A DNA stretch of 64,000 nt from an uncultured Chloroflexia bacterium (GTDB lineage: Bacteria; Chloroflexota; Dehalococcoidia; DSTF01; WHTK01). Below the pieces are notes generated by a model. It saw only the letters and a program-made list of their open reading frames with translations, made no database searches and was not told where the DNA came from. How positions within the stretch are numbered: position 1 is the stretch's first letter; each line of letters opens with the position of its first letter. This document shows positions 1-13,202 of the stretch, one piece after another. Where the stretch lies: assembly GCA_963766645.1 (NCBI GenBank), contig CAVYAY010000003.1:352554-416553 (forward strand), read 5' to 3'. A program made the position numbers and the translations under genes.

Positions 1-240
1 GTAGCACCTTCCGGGCCATCTGCCAGGCACCTGTCAGCGGTCACTGCGATGACGTCGGCTGCACAGGTGTCGGGATCTCATTCGTATCCCTGACAATCAG
101 GCGTTTGAGGAGTCGTCGAAGATGTGCAAGCCGACGAGCACAAAACCTGCAGCTAGAACGCTCGCAAAGTCGTAGAGGCCGTATTCATGGTCAAACCGTC
201 CCCGCGTGAGCCTACAAGCGCCCTTCCGTCATCCAGCCGC

Positions 241-1369
241 CTAGAGCGAGACCTGTCTATGGCGCATGATCACGCTCTCCAGCAGACCGATGGCGATGAA
301 CACGGTAATCAGCGAGCTGCCTCCCTGGCTGATGAAGGGTAGCGGAATGCCGGTCACCGGGAAGAGCCGGATGTTGACGCCGATGTTGATGAAGGCCTGG
401 AGCAGGATGAAGATCACGATCCCCACCGCGATCATGCGCCCGAAGACGTCCTGCGAGATCGCCGCGGCGCGCAGGCCTCGGAACAGCAGCAGGATGAACA
501 GCGCAAACAGCACCATGGCGCCGACGAAACCCAGCTCCTCGCCGAGGACGCTGAAGACGTAGTCGGTCGTCTGGGTGCGCAGGTAGTCGAGCTGCGTCTG
601 GGTGCCGTGGGTCAGCCCTTTGCCGAGCAGGCCGCCGGAGCCGACGCTGATCTCGGCCTGCAGGATGTTGAAGCCGGAGCCCAGCGCGTCAGACGCCGGG
701 TTGAGGAAGAGGCTGATGCGCTCGCGCTGGTACTCCGTAACGACGATGATCAGCGCGAACGGCGAGCAGCGCGATCGACCATGCCGATCGAGGCCGAGGA
801 CGTGACGCATGTCCGCGCCGGCCATGATCACCATGCCGAGCCAGACGAAGAGGAAGATCGTGGCGGAGCCCAGGTCGGGCTCGGCGAAGACAAGCAGCGC
901 CGGCACAGCCGCGATGGCGAGCGACGTCAGGAAGACGCGCAGCTCATTGACGCGCTCGTGGTTGTCGGCGAGGTACTTCGCCAGCGCCAGGATGACGATC
1001 AGCTTGCCGATCTCGGAAGGCTGCACGCTGCGTGCCGCCAAGATCGATCCAGCGCCTCGAGCCGAACTCCGAGTCGCCGACCAGGTGAGCACGAAGAGCA
1101 GCGACGCGATGAGGCCGAAGTAGATGACCGGCGGAGCCCTGCGCCAGGAAGCGATAGTCCATCCGCGACACGATGAGGCAGGCGCATGACACCGACGACC
1201 GCGAACGCCAGCTGGCGGCCGACCGGGCCGCGGAGCACTTCCGCGACAGCCCTGCCGTGTCGGCCAGGCTGCCGCTGTAGATCAGGACCAGGCCATACGC
1301 CGTCAGCGCCAGTGCCGTGACCAGCAGGACGTAAGTCGAACGGGCGCGGGTCTCGCGCCAGCTGATCAT
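241..1369 (-). pseudogene. rodA: FtsW/RodA/SpoVE-family peptidoglycan polymerase RodA, frame broken several times
   Basis: The N-terminus MISWRETRARSTYVLLVTALALTAYGLVLIYSG is in ORF 944..1654. The C-terminus FPVTGIPLPFISQGGSSLITVFIAIGLLESV and the QPSEIGK motif are in ORF 241..1092, a different frame. The 1129-nt span is not a multiple of 3. It is the last gene in mreBCD-mrdA-rodA order. Confidence 0.8.
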
Positions 1370-3337
1370 GGCGTGTTGCCCTTGCGCGACGTTGTAGCTG
1401 GTTGAAGTAGTAGTCGAAGATCTTCGACGCGACGGGCGCCGCGGTGGCGCGACCGTTGCCCTGCTCCATGAAGACGACGACGGCGATCTCCGGGTTGTCG
1501 AAGGGGGCGAAGCCGGTGAACCAGCCGTGCTCCTGGTAGACTGCCGGGCGCGATCTCCGGGCCGAACTCGGCCGTACCGGTCTTGCCGGCCACGGCAACG
1601 TTGCTGGCACCTGCGGCGGTCGAAGGCCGCGCCGTCGGCCACGGATTCCCGCATGCCTTCGCGAATGATCGTCGAAGTTGCGCGGGTCGACGTTGAGCTT
1701 GCGCTTGACCGTGTCGCGGCGCAGCGGGACGCGTTGCCGTTTGCGTCCGTGCAGCTCTTTGACGACGTGCGGGATCAGCACGTCGCCGCCGTTGGCAATG
1801 GCCGCGGTGACGAGCAGCATCTGCAGCGGCGTCGCGGCCAGGTAGCCCTGGCCGATGCCGAAGTTGTAGCGTGTCGCCGAGCAGCCAGCCTTCGCCGAAG
1901 GTCTTCTCTTTCCAGTCCGGGTCCGGCACCAGGCCTTCCGTCTCGCCAGGCAGGTCGATGCCGGTCGCGCTCGCCGAGGCCGAAGCGCGCGCCCAGTTCG
2001 CCAGCCGGTCGGCGCCGAGGCCCTGGAAGACGAGCTTTCCGTCCTCGCATGTAGCCGCCGGCGAGGTAGTAGAAGTACACGTCGGATGACATGGCGAGGC
2101 CGCGGTAGAAGTTCATCGTGCCGAGGTCGGAGCGCCAGTCGCGGAAGGTGTAGACGATCGGGGGTCGTACTCGTTCTTGACCTGGATATAGCCGGTGACT
2201 GGTGATCTCGGTGTCGGCGTTGGCGACGCCTTCCTGCAGCGCCGCCAGGCCGGTGACCTGCTTGAACGTACTTCCGGGCGCGTACATCTCGCGAGATCGC
2301 GTGGTCGAGCATCGGCTTGGCCGGGTCGTCGATCAGCTTGTTCAGGCGCCTCCTCGTCGACCTCGCCGGTGAAGACGTTGCTGTCGTAGTTGGGCAGCGA
2401 GACCAGCGCCAGGATGTCGCCGGTGTGCACGTCGATGACGATGGCGGCGGCGTTGTGCGAATCGCCCATGCCCTCACGCAGGATACTCTTCGACCTTGCG
2501 CTGCAGGTCGATGTCGATCGACAGGACGACGTTGAGGCCGGGCTGTCGCCGGCGTCTCGTCGATGACCTTGATCTCCCGGCCGGAGGCGTCCGTCTCGAC
2601 TCGCGTGCTGCCGGGCGTGCCGCGCAGAAGCGACTCGTAGGTGAACTCAACGCCCGCCTTGCCGATGCGGTCGTTGAGCTGATAGCCGGCCGGCGCGAGG
2701 CGCGCGTACTCCTCCGCGTCGACCGGGCCGACGAAGCCGAGGATGTGCGACAGCAGGACGCCCTCGCGGTACTCGCGCTGCGGCTCGACGACGACGCGGA
2801 CGCCCGGCAAGTTCGGCCAGCTTCTCCCGCAGGGCGAAGGCGGTCTCCTGCGTCAGATTGTCTTTGATGACGACCGGCGTGAACGGGTCGTTAGACTCGC
2901 TGCGCTCCAGGATGCGTCGCCTCGATGTCGCCGGCCGGCACGCCGGTCAAGTCCTGCAGCTCGATCGTATGTCGATGCAGCGCGCTCGTGCAGCGTTGGC
3001 TGGTCCCGAAGCATCGAAGTCGGGCACGTCGGCGGCGACGACCGCCGCCGCGAAAGCTAGGCCCGGTTCTCGACCAGCGGTTGACCGTTGCGGTCGTAGA
3101 TCAGGCCGCGCGTCGGCAGGATCGGCTCCTGGCGCAGACGGTTGGTCTCGGCGCGAGCCTGATACTTGTCACCGTTCACCAGCTGCATGCGTGCGAGCTG
3201 AATCGTCAGGATGCCGAACAACAGGATGACCAGCAGCCCGAAGTAGAAGATCTTCCGCACGCACGCGCGCTCGCTCGTCGGCCTTCCGGCGACAGGGGCT
3301 CCGAGCTCCAGGGCTTGCGGCCTGTCTGGAACCCCAT
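1366..3337 (-). pseudogene. mrdA: Penicillin-binding protein 2 (elongasome transpeptidase), at least 5 frame changes
   Basis: Conserved pieces lie in different frames. These include the TM plus LARMQLVNGDKYQARAETNRLRQEPILPTRGLIYDRNGQPLVENR (ORF 3057..3827), LPGVRVVVEPQREYREGVLLSHILGFVG (999..2810), YAPGSTFKQVTGLAALQEG with the SxxK motif (1775..2287), AGKTGTAEF with the KTG motif (1366..1929), and GWFTGFAPFDNPEIAVVVFMEQG. The ends are approximate. Confidence 0.8.
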
Positions 3338-3379
3338 CAGACGTACACCGTCCTGCGCTCGCTGAGGGCCTGGCCAAGG

Positions 3380-3827
3380 TTAGCAGCGCAGTAGATCGGC
3401 AGCACGAGCACACGTTGAGGAGGACGTCGGCAGGATGATACGCAGCGACGCCGTGACGCCAGTCGCCCGGACTGCGCCCATCAGCGTGAAGACGCGCAGG
3501 TGACGTAAGTTGTAGAACAGCGACATGACGACGGTGAAACACGATTGCCGCGATGAGACAGCCTCGCCCTCGCGTAGCTGGGAGCCGCGCAGCTCCTGCA
3601 GGAAGGCCAGCGGCGCCAGCGCCGAGCAGCGCCGTGCCCATCGGCGCGCCATCGACGAGGCCGAGGAGATGCCGCCGATCGGGATCAGCACGAAGGCCTC
3701 GTCTGGCGCCGCGCACGATCAGCCAGGCGATGAGCAGGACGAGCATCAGGTTCGGCTGCAGGCCGTCGACGCGGAACAGCGGCAGCACCGACGCCTCGAG
3801 CAGCGCCGCGAAGACGAGCAGCGGCAT
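3380..3827 (-). pseudogene. mreD: Rod shape-determining protein MreD, frameshifted
   Basis: The N-terminus MPLLVFAALLEASVLPLFRVDGLQPNLMLVLLIAWLIVRG is typical of MreD. The hydrophobic remainder continues in the frame of ORF 3380..3691. It sits between mreC and mrdA. Confidence 0.65.
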
Positions 3828-3840
3828 GCCACGTAGTAGC

Positions 3841-4693
3841 TCACGGCGGCGTCACCTCCGTCGGCACGAAGCTCGTCATCACCAGCACGGTCTCGAGCCT
3901 CGACAGGCTGGCGAGCGGCTCAACCGTGACGCTACGGAACAGCTCCTGCGGTTGCCGCTGACGCCGGTCACCTTGCCGATGACGAGGTCCTTCGGGTACG
4001 TGCCGCCGAGGCCGGACGTGAGCACCGTGTCGCCTTCGTTGACCGTCGGCGTTCTGCTCCACGAAGTCCATCGTCAGCGTGCGGTTGTAGGCGCCGGAGA
4101 CGACACCCTGGGCGCGCGACTCGAGGAGCGATGGCCGCTGACGGCGCTGTCGACGTCCGTCACCAGCGTGACCCAGGCGTGGTCGCCTTCGACCTTCGTG
4201 ATCGTGCCGACGAGCGTGGTGCCCTCGCGTGACGACCGGCATGCCGACCTTGACGCCATCCGAGCTGCCCGAGTCGATGGCGATGCGCCGGCGCAGGTTG
4301 CTCGGGTCGCGCGGCGACGACGCTGGCGGTCGCGAACTGTCTGGTCGGCGAGGGCGTTTCGCGTGTCCAGCAGGCGCTGGAGCTCCTCGCGGCGGGTAGC
4401 CTCTTCGTCGCAGACGGGCGATCTCGGCCTGCAGGCGCTCGTTCTCGGCGCGCAAGGCTTCGTTCTCCTGAGTGAGGTCGCGCACGTCGCCGTAGTTCGC
4501 GACGATGTCGGCGACGGCTGGGCGATGGAGCGCAGAGCGTCTCGACCGGCGAGAGAACGGTATAAGAAACGTCCTCGACGGGTCGCAGAAGGCCGATGCC
4601 GGAGAGCGCGAGCAGGACGAGTCCCGCCCCCATGACGCTGGCGAACCAGGCGGCACTCCTCGCTGTCAGGAGCAGGCCCTCCCGCCGCCTCAT
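3841..4693 (-). pseudogene. mreC: Rod shape-determining protein MreC, multiple frame changes
   Basis: The start MRRREGLLLTARSAAWFASVMGAGLVLLALSG is an N-terminal TM. The coiled coil DLTQENEALRAENERLQAEIARL and the beta-domain piece GTTLVGTITKVEGDHAWVTLVTD and C-terminus FRSVTVEPLASLSRLETVLV are spread over three frames. Confidence 0.75.
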
Positions 4694-4724
4694 GAAGCGG
4701 CCCGCGTGCTGCAGCCGGCATGGA

Positions 4725-5789
4725 TTAGCGCGGCGGCTTGCGGGCTGCCAGCGCAGCCTGGACTTTGGCGAGCATCGCGTCTCCTCCAGCGCCTCACCAC
4801 AACCACGCACCACGCAGGTTAGCGGGTCGTCCGCCACGTAGACCGGGAACTTGGTGTCTTGCTGCAGGCGCCGGTCCAGGCCGCGCAGCAGCGCGCCGCC
4901 GCCGGCGAGACAGATGCCCTTGAACATGAGGTCCGCCACCAGCTCCGGCGGCGTCACCTCGATCGCGAGCCGTACCGACTCGACGATCTGGTTCACCGGG
5001 CCCGAAAGCGCGTCGCGGATCTCGACGGTGCTGACCTCGACGACCTTCGGCAGGCCCGTCGCGAGGTCGCGGCCGCGGATCTCGACCGTCTCTTCTTCCT
5101 CCAGCGGGAAGGCAGAGCCGTGCGAGATCTTGATCTCCTCCGCCGTGCGCTCGCCGATGACCATGTTGTGCACCTGGCGAGCGTAGGCGATGATCTCCTG
5201 GTCCATCTCGTCGCCGGCGGTGCGGATCGAGTGGCTCTCGACGATGCCGCCGAGCGAGATCACGGCGACCTCGGTGGTGCCACCGCCGATGTCGACGATC
5301 ATGCAGCCGGAGGGGTCCATGATCGGCAGGCCGGCGCCGATCGCCGCCGCCATCGGCTCCTCGATCAGGTAGGCCTCGCGGGCGCCGGCGTTGAGCGCGG
5401 CGTCGTGCACGGCGCGCTTCTCGACCTCGGTGACGCCGCTGGGGATGCCGATGACGACGCGCGGCCGCGGGATGCCGAAGCCGTAGCGCTCGTGCACGGC
5501 GCGGATGAAGTAGTGCAGCATGCGCTCCGTGACGTGGAAGTCGGAGATGACGCCGTCTTTCAGAGGGCGGACAGCGATGATGTTGGCCGGCGTGCGGCCC
5601 ACCATGCGCTTCGCCTCGGCGCCGATGGCGAGCACCTTCTTGCGTGACGCGGTCGATCGCGACGACGCTGGGCTCGTCGATGACGATGCCCCGGCCCTTG
5701 ACCATGACGAGGGTGTTCGCCGTGCCAAGGTCGATACCGACGTCGTGAGAGAAGAGCCCGAGGAACGAGCTAATAGGATTGAAGGCCAT
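4725..5789 (-). pseudogene. mreB: Actin-like rod-shape protein MreB, at least 2 frame changes
   Basis: [45 protein letters not shown] is in ORF 4794..5789. [35 protein letters not shown] ... [16 protein letters not shown] ... [14 protein letters not shown] ... [17 protein letters not shown] follows in the frame of ORF 4160..5965. The tail MLAKVQAALAARKPPR-stop is in a third frame. Confidence 0.9.
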
Positions 5790-5966
5790 GCAGTCCTTGC
5801 CTTCAGATCAGAAGGTATCCACCCCGAGTTACTGTCGGACAGTATAACCGACATAACAGAGGGCGTCAAAGCTCGAATAAGATTGCAAAGCTCTACATTC
5901 CGAAGCACAATCCGAAGCGTGCTGACAAGAAGCCAATCGGCGTCGCCACTTCGACTCAGTCGCAAA

Positions 5967-8055
<2,089 letters not shown>

Positions 8056-8067
8056 CTAAATCGCGGC

Positions 8068-8937
8068 TCAGTTCTGCGGCGGCGCGATCAGGTCTCCCAT
8101 CACGGCGGTAAGCTCGTCGATCATCGACGCCCTGGCAGCGAAGACGTTGTAGCTGAGCACGTCCGGCGGGCCGCCGAACAGGCCCTTCACAGCACCGCCC
8201 GCTTCCTGGACGAGCACAATGAACGCCGCCGTCTCCCAGGGCTGGCCGAGAAAAGGCCGCCCCGCCGGCGCCGACTCCAGCGCCTGGCCCATCATCGTGA
8301 ACACGTCGTAGCGGCCGCTAGCGACGGCGCAGGCCATCACGCTCGGTGCGCCCGGCAGCCTCAGCCCTTCGATATGCGGCAACACGCGCTCGACGCGCTG
8401 GGCCAGCCGCGCCACGCGCGCTGGGTCGCTGCCACGAAACGCCGTCGCGAGAATCGCGCCGCTGAGCGTCTCGACCCGGGAAACGCGGCACGGCCCGCCG
8501 TTCAGCGTGGCGCCCTGGCCTTTGGCGGCGCTGAACAGCTCATCGAGAACCGGGAAGTGCACGGCGCAGGCCAGCGGCTCACCCGCTTCGACGTAGGAGA
8601 CGATGGCTGAAAAGTGCGGCGAGCCGTGGACGTAGTCCGCGGTGCCGTCCAGCGGGTCCGTGAACCAGCAGCCGCTCTCTGTCAGCGCCTCGACCTCGTC
8701 GTAGCGGTCGTGGTCCTCCTCGCCGATCACGGGCTCCCCCGGGAAGTGGCGCGCAACGGCAGCTTTGACCGCATCCTGCGCCTCGAGGTCGACGCGGGTT
8801 GCATAGTCGGTGCGCTCGCGGGAATTCACCTCGCGCTGAAGCTGCTGACCCCGGTAGCGCAGGTGCACCTCGGCGGCGGCGCGGGCCGCCTCAATCGCCA
8901 CGTCCCGGCGGCGCTGCAGCTCTTCTTGCGAAGTCAC
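8068..8937 (-). CDS. Inositol monophosphatase / FBPase-fold family protein (intact)
   Basis: 289 codons starting at GTG 8937. Motifs IGEEDHD and WFTDPLDGTADYVHG match the IMPase metal site. The start overlaps the stop of the upstream paralog as GTGA. Confidence 0.8.
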   Translation of the reverse strand: MTSQEELQRRRDVAIEAARAAAEVHLRYRGQQLQREVNSRERTDYATRVDLEAQDAVKAAVARHFPGEPVIGEEDHDRYDEVEALTESGCWFTDPLDGTADYVHGSPHFSAIVSYVEAGEPLACAVHFPVLDELFSAAKGQGATLNGGPCRVSRVETLSGAILATAFRGSDPARVARLAQRVERVLPHIEGLRLPGAPSVMACAVASGRYDVFTMMGQALESAPAGRPFLGQPWETAAFIVLVQEAGGAVKGLFGGPPDVLSYNVFAARASMIDELTAVMGDLIAPPQN

Positions 8938-9757
8938 GCTTGACCGCGCGCGACGGCGTACAGCTCGTCGAGCAGCGCCTTCGTCGTGGCGCCTGCGATG
9001 GCGCGATCGGTCCACTGCAGCGGGTTGCCGGTTACCCCTTCGGCGACGACGCCGCCGGCCTCTTCCAGCACGACGAGCGCCGGAGCGAGGTCCCAGGGTC
9101 CGAGCTTCGCGGGCGAAAGCATCGCGAAGGCGTCCATGCGGCCGCAGGCGACATAGGCCATGCTCAGCATCGGGCAGCCCAGGATGCGGATGCCGTGCGA
9201 TTTCATGACGACATTGCCGGTGGTGCGCAGGAATATCTCGGCCGCGCCGTTCTCTACCTCGCGGATGTGCAGGCCGACCATGCAGTCCTTCAGCGGCTTG
9301 CCGGGCGGCGCGCGCATCGGCTCGCCGTTGCCAGAACGCGCCGCGGCCTCGGGCCGCGCTCCACATGTCGTCCTGCACGGCGTCGTATATCGCGCCGGCC
9401 AGCGAGACACCGCCCTGCACCCAGGCGACGCCCGCCGTGAACGCTGGGAAGGAGTGCACGTAGCTCTGCGTGCCGTCCAGAGGGTCGATCAGCCAGCAGC
9501 CAGTCTCGAACAAGCTCCAGCAACTGCTCGACGGGAATGCCGTCTTCTTCGCCGATCAGTGTGTCGTCCGGGAAGGCAGCCTGCAGGACGGCCTTCGCGG
9601 CGTCCTGGCCCTCGAGGTCCGCCTTCGTCAGCACGTCGCGCGGGTCCGTCTTCGCCTCGTAGTCGATAGTGCTCGAGAGGTACTTGAGGTGGATGGCGCC
9701 GGCGGCACGCGTGGCCTCCTCGGCGACGCTGCGCCGCTCTTCCAGGTCGTCAGGCAT
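8934..9757 (-). pseudogene. Inositol monophosphatase family paralog, two frame changes
   Basis: MPDDLEERRSVAEEATRAAGAIHL...LIGEEDG is in ORF 9290..9757. CWLIDPLDGTQSYVHSFPAF is in the frame of 8068..9513. The C-terminus GPWDLAPALVVLEEAGGVV is in ORF 8934..9410. Confidence 0.75.
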
Positions 9758-9760
9758 GAT

Positions 9761-10648
9761 TTAGTCGTCCTCGTCGCCGGTGATGCCGCGGATGCCAAGA
9801 GGCGTGGTGATCGGCGTCGGGTTGCGGCGCGCCAGAATGTCTTCGACGCGGGTCCGGATCACGTCGTCGTACTCCTCGTGCGTCAGAATCCAGAACTGCT
9901 CGTCGCGGATCGCATCGACGACCATGTCGCCGACCTCGAGCGGGTCGAGGCCGTGCTCGGCGGCGTACTTGTGGACGGCGTTGCTGCGCTTGAGTTCTCG
10001 CTCTGTTGGCGCCTCCCGGCCGGGGTCCTTGAGGTCGTCCGGCCGGTTGCGGCCGCCGAACATGATGTTGGTGTTGACGACGCCGGGGCAGAGCACCGAA
10101 GCGTGAACCTTGGCGCCGCGGTCGCGCAGACCCTCATGCAGCGCTTCCGAGAGCGAGACGACGCCGTGCTTGCTGATGCTGTATGGTCGGTTCGAGGGCG
10201 TCAGGCCGGCCATCGACGCCGTGTTGACGACGTGCCCTTCTTCGTCCTGGTCCAGCATGATCGGGACGAAGGTGTGGATGCCGTAGATCACGCCCCAGAG
10301 GTTGACGTTGAGGGTCCACTGCCAGTCCTTGATCGTAGCTTCCCAGATCGCGGCGCCCGAGCCGCCGCCGACGCCGGCGTTGTTGCACAGGACATGAACC
10401 TTGCCGTACGCATCGAGGGTCTTCTGCGCCAGCGCTTCGAGCGACTCCAGCTTCGACACGTCTGTCACGACACCGATTACGTCGTGCTCGGCCTGACGCA
10501 GCCGCGTCACGGCTTCCTGCAGGACGGGCTCCTCGACGTCCGCCAGCACCACCTTCATGCCCTGCTCGGCAAAACGCGTCGCCATGCCGAGCCCCATGCC
10601 GCTGGCGCCACCGGTCACAACTGCCACTTTGCCTTCGAAGTCTTGCAT
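9761..10648 (-). CDS. Short-chain dehydrogenase/reductase (SDR)
   Basis: Intact 295-aa ORF with the Rossmann motif VAVVTGGASGMGLG and the catalytic YSISK (YxxxK). Confidence 0.85.
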   Translation of the reverse strand: MQDFEGKVAVVTGGASGMGLGMATRFAEQGMKVVLADVEEPVLQEAVTRLRQAEHDVIGVVTDVSKLESLEALAQKTLDAYGKVHVLCNNAGVGGGSGAAIWEATIKDWQWTLNVNLWGVIYGIHTFVPIMLDQDEEGHVVNTASMAGLTPSNRPYSISKHGVVSLSEALHEGLRDRGAKVHASVLCPGVVNTNIMFGGRNRPDDLKDPGREAPTERELKRSNAVHKYAAEHGLDPLEVGDMVVDAIRDEQFWILTHEEYDDVIRTRVEDILARRNPTPITTPLGIRGITGDEDD

Positions 10649-10724
10649 CTAGCGGCGTGATCATAGCAGGCGAAGCTGTAGCGCAAGCTGTCACCGCAAT
10701 AAAGTGGCAGGGGAGGTTTGTCTC

Positions 10725-11226
10725 ATGGCCACGAGTTACGACCACATCACCGAAGCGCAAGCGCAGCTGATCCGCGAATCGCAGGTCTTCTTCGTCGCGA
10801 GCGCCGCGCCGGACCTCAGCCGCGGCCCGGCTAACCAGGGGCCGGTCAATCTCTCGCCCAAGGGCGGCACGCCGCTGCACGTGATCGACGCCAACCGCGT
10901 CGCGTACCTCGACTACACCGGCAGCGGCAACGAGACGGCGCGTCACGCCGGCGGTCCGATGACGCTGATGGTCATGTCGATGTCGCATAGCGACGCCGCG
11001 GTCGTGCGGCTCTACGGCACCGCGACGGTGACGCCGATCGAGAGTCTCGCCGCTGCGCGACCTCGTGCTGAGCGCGACCGCGGACGACATCGCGCTGCCG
11101 AAGCGCCAGGTCATCGACGTGAAGATCGACGGCACTCAGACCAGCTGCGGCTACGGCGTCCCGGTGTACGATTTCGTGGCGCAGCGGACCATGTCCGACC
11201 GCGGACGCTGCTACAAGGAAACCTGA
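10725..11226 (+). pseudogene. Pyridoxamine 5-phosphate oxidase-like (split-barrel flavin/deazaflavin) protein, one frame change near 11.05 kb
   Basis: MATSYDHITEAQAQLIRESQVFFVASA...GPVNLSPKGG follows the RBS GGGGAGG. The C-terminus KRQVIDVKIDGTQTSCGYGVPVYDF...CYKET-stop is in another frame. Confidence 0.6.
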
Positions 11227-11228
11227 GC

Positions 11229-11936
11229 GTGCCGAGATTTCTGACCCTCGCGAGCCTGATCGCGGCTCTCGCCCTGATTGCGGGCTGCACATCAAGCTCG
11301 ACGTCGTCCTCCGGGACGGCGCCAACCGCTACTGCGGCCGCGGAAAACGCCGCGACTTCGAACTCGACCGGGGCGAACGGCGCAGGAGCGGCGCCCACGT
11401 CGGCGGCAGCCGCCGAAAATGCCACCGTTGAGGTCGCCGAGCCATCTGCCACCGCAGGCCCCGCCCCATCGCCGACGCCCGACGGCATCATCGAGTCATC
11501 GGTGACGACGCCTTCAAGACCTGGGTCGAGCAGGCGCTGGCGCTGATCGAGACGAGGGCCCCGGAGGCCTACAGAGAGGTCACTGCGTCGATCGAAGGTC
11601 ATCGAGTCGGTACCGGCCGGCTCCGGCATGCACGTCGTCGAGAAGCGCTTCGATGTCGGCGATGAGACGGCGCACGCGCCGGGATACGACGAGGCGAACG
11701 CAGCTGGTCTGGTTCGCCGGCACGATCGTCCACGACGCGCACCACAGCGCCCGCTACATGCAGCGGCTGAGTACCCAAGCGGCAAGGACGCCGAGATCGA
11801 TTGCCTCACGGTGCAGATGGCGGCGCTGCAGCTGATGACGGACGATCCGTTCTTCGCCAACTACGTCCAGGGGCTGATCGACGGCGCGGACGACCCCGCA
11901 AACCAGTACTGGAACCAGCCGAACCGCCACTGGTAA
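11229..11936 (+). pseudogene. Hypothetical lipoprotein, frame changes in the C-terminal half
   Basis: A GTG start lies 2 nt after the previous stop. The signal and lipobox read PRFLTLASLIAALALIAGC, followed by an Ala/Thr/Ser-rich linker. The conserved-looking tail DDPFFANYVQGLIDGADDPANQYWNQPNRHW (ORF 11628..11936) is in a different frame. Confidence 0.45.
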
Positions 11937-12030
11937 ACGATCAGGCCCCGCGAGGCGCGCCGGATCGATTCTGCCGAATATCTATACGTGAAGAGCGACT
12001 CAGCAGGGCTGGATCACAGAACGGCGGCTG

Positions 12031-13202
12031 ATGCGCGCGGCGCAGCTGGTGCTGGTCGTCTTCATGCTGTTCTGGGCGCTGCTGGTTCGCTCGCTTCCTC
12101 GGCGCTGGGGACGAAGAGGTCCCGAACGTCGACTTCATCGTCTACTGGACGGCCGCGAAGACTCGGCGTCGAGGGCGACGCGACGCTCGCCTACGATGCC
12201 GACACTTTCGAGGCGAAGCAAACGGAAGCGGTTGGCGACAACGCCAACGGCTTCCCGTGGGTTTACCCGCCGGTCGCGTTCATCCTCGTCCTGCCGTTGG
12301 CGCTGCTGCCCTACGGCGCCGCGTTCGCCGCCTGGCTATTGGCTACCGGCGCCGTCTTCGTCACGGCGTTGCGGCGGATGGCGCGCAACGGCATGACGTT
12401 CTGGCTGGCGCTGGCTTTCCCCGCAACGTTGTTCAACCTGATCATCGGGCAGGCCGGGCATGCTGACCGCCGGGCTGTTTGCCTGGGCGATGCTGCTGAT
12501 GCCGACCCGGCCTGTCGTTGCCGGCGCGTTGCTGGGCCTCATGGCGTTCAAACCGCACTTCATGCCGCTGATCCTGCTGGCGCTGCTCGCCGGGCGCGAG
12601 GTCAAGGCGCTGACCGCGGCGCTCGGCAGCGCCGGAACGCTCGTGGTTGCCTCCTTGGTGGCCTTCGGCGCGGGCCCGTGGCAGGAGTTCGTCTCGCAGC
12701 TGACGGACTCGACAGCGACTGCTGTACGGCGGCGTGTTCCCGGTGGCCAAGATGCAGTCCGTCACCGCGCTGGTGCTGGCACTGGGCGGTAGCGACCTCG
12801 CCTCGCAGGTCGTGCAAGGCGTGACGACGATCGCGGCAGCGGCATTCGTGTTCTGGCTCTGGCGCCGCGACACGCCGCTTCGAGTACAAGGCCGCGGGGC
12901 TCGGCCTCGCGAGCCTGCTGGCGACGCCGTACGTCTACCACTACGACCTGACGGTCATGGGCGTAGCGATGATCTTCTTCGCCAACCGCGCCCGCGCCAC
13001 AGGATGGCAGCGCGTGGGAGCGCCCGCTGCTCGCGGTCGCCTGGTTCACGCCGCTCGCCAGCTTCGTGCTGGGACTCGCGGTCTCGTTCACGGTCGGCGC
13101 GCCGGTCCTGCTGGCGCTGGTAGCGATACTGATCCGCCGCGTCCGCTACGAAGGCGCGGCGACGACGCGCAAACGCCGGTCGCCGCAGCCGCTGCGGCGT
13201 AG
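12031..13202 (+). pseudogene. Polytopic membrane protein resembling GT87/DUF2029 glycosyltransferases, multiple frame changes
   Basis: The hydrophobic pieces MRAAQLVLVVFMLFWALLV, FPWVYPPVAFILVLPLALLPYGAAFAAWLLATG, LLGLMAFKPHFMPLILLALLAG and LATPYVYHYDLTVMGVAMIFF lie in three frames. The end is approximate. Confidence 0.5.

Noticed and set aside
3553-4635. Other long antisense ORFs of 250-400 aa, such as 3553..4635(+), 9470..10660(+), 25077..25988(-), 53963..55048(+), 35381..36097(-), 38336..39079(-) and 22464..23186(-)
   Set aside because: Each lies opposite a gene with clear family motifs. Their Arg/Ala/Pro/Gly-dominated sequences carry no motifs, as expected for a roughly 70% G+C genome where stop codons are rare in all frames.
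4160-5965. 601-aa ORF that looks like a large fusion protein
   Set aside because: It is a chimeric read-through. Its middle part is the true MreB frame, its end is the true start of MreC, and its N-terminus is non-coding leader. The mreB stop (4725) is only visible after a frame change.
8068-9513. 481-aa ORF suggesting a double-domain inositol monophosphatase
   Set aside because: The two IMPase units are separate genes joined by a GTGA overlap at 8934-8937. The upstream 190 residues of this ORF mix one true segment (CWLIDPLDGTQSYVH) with out-of-frame read-through.
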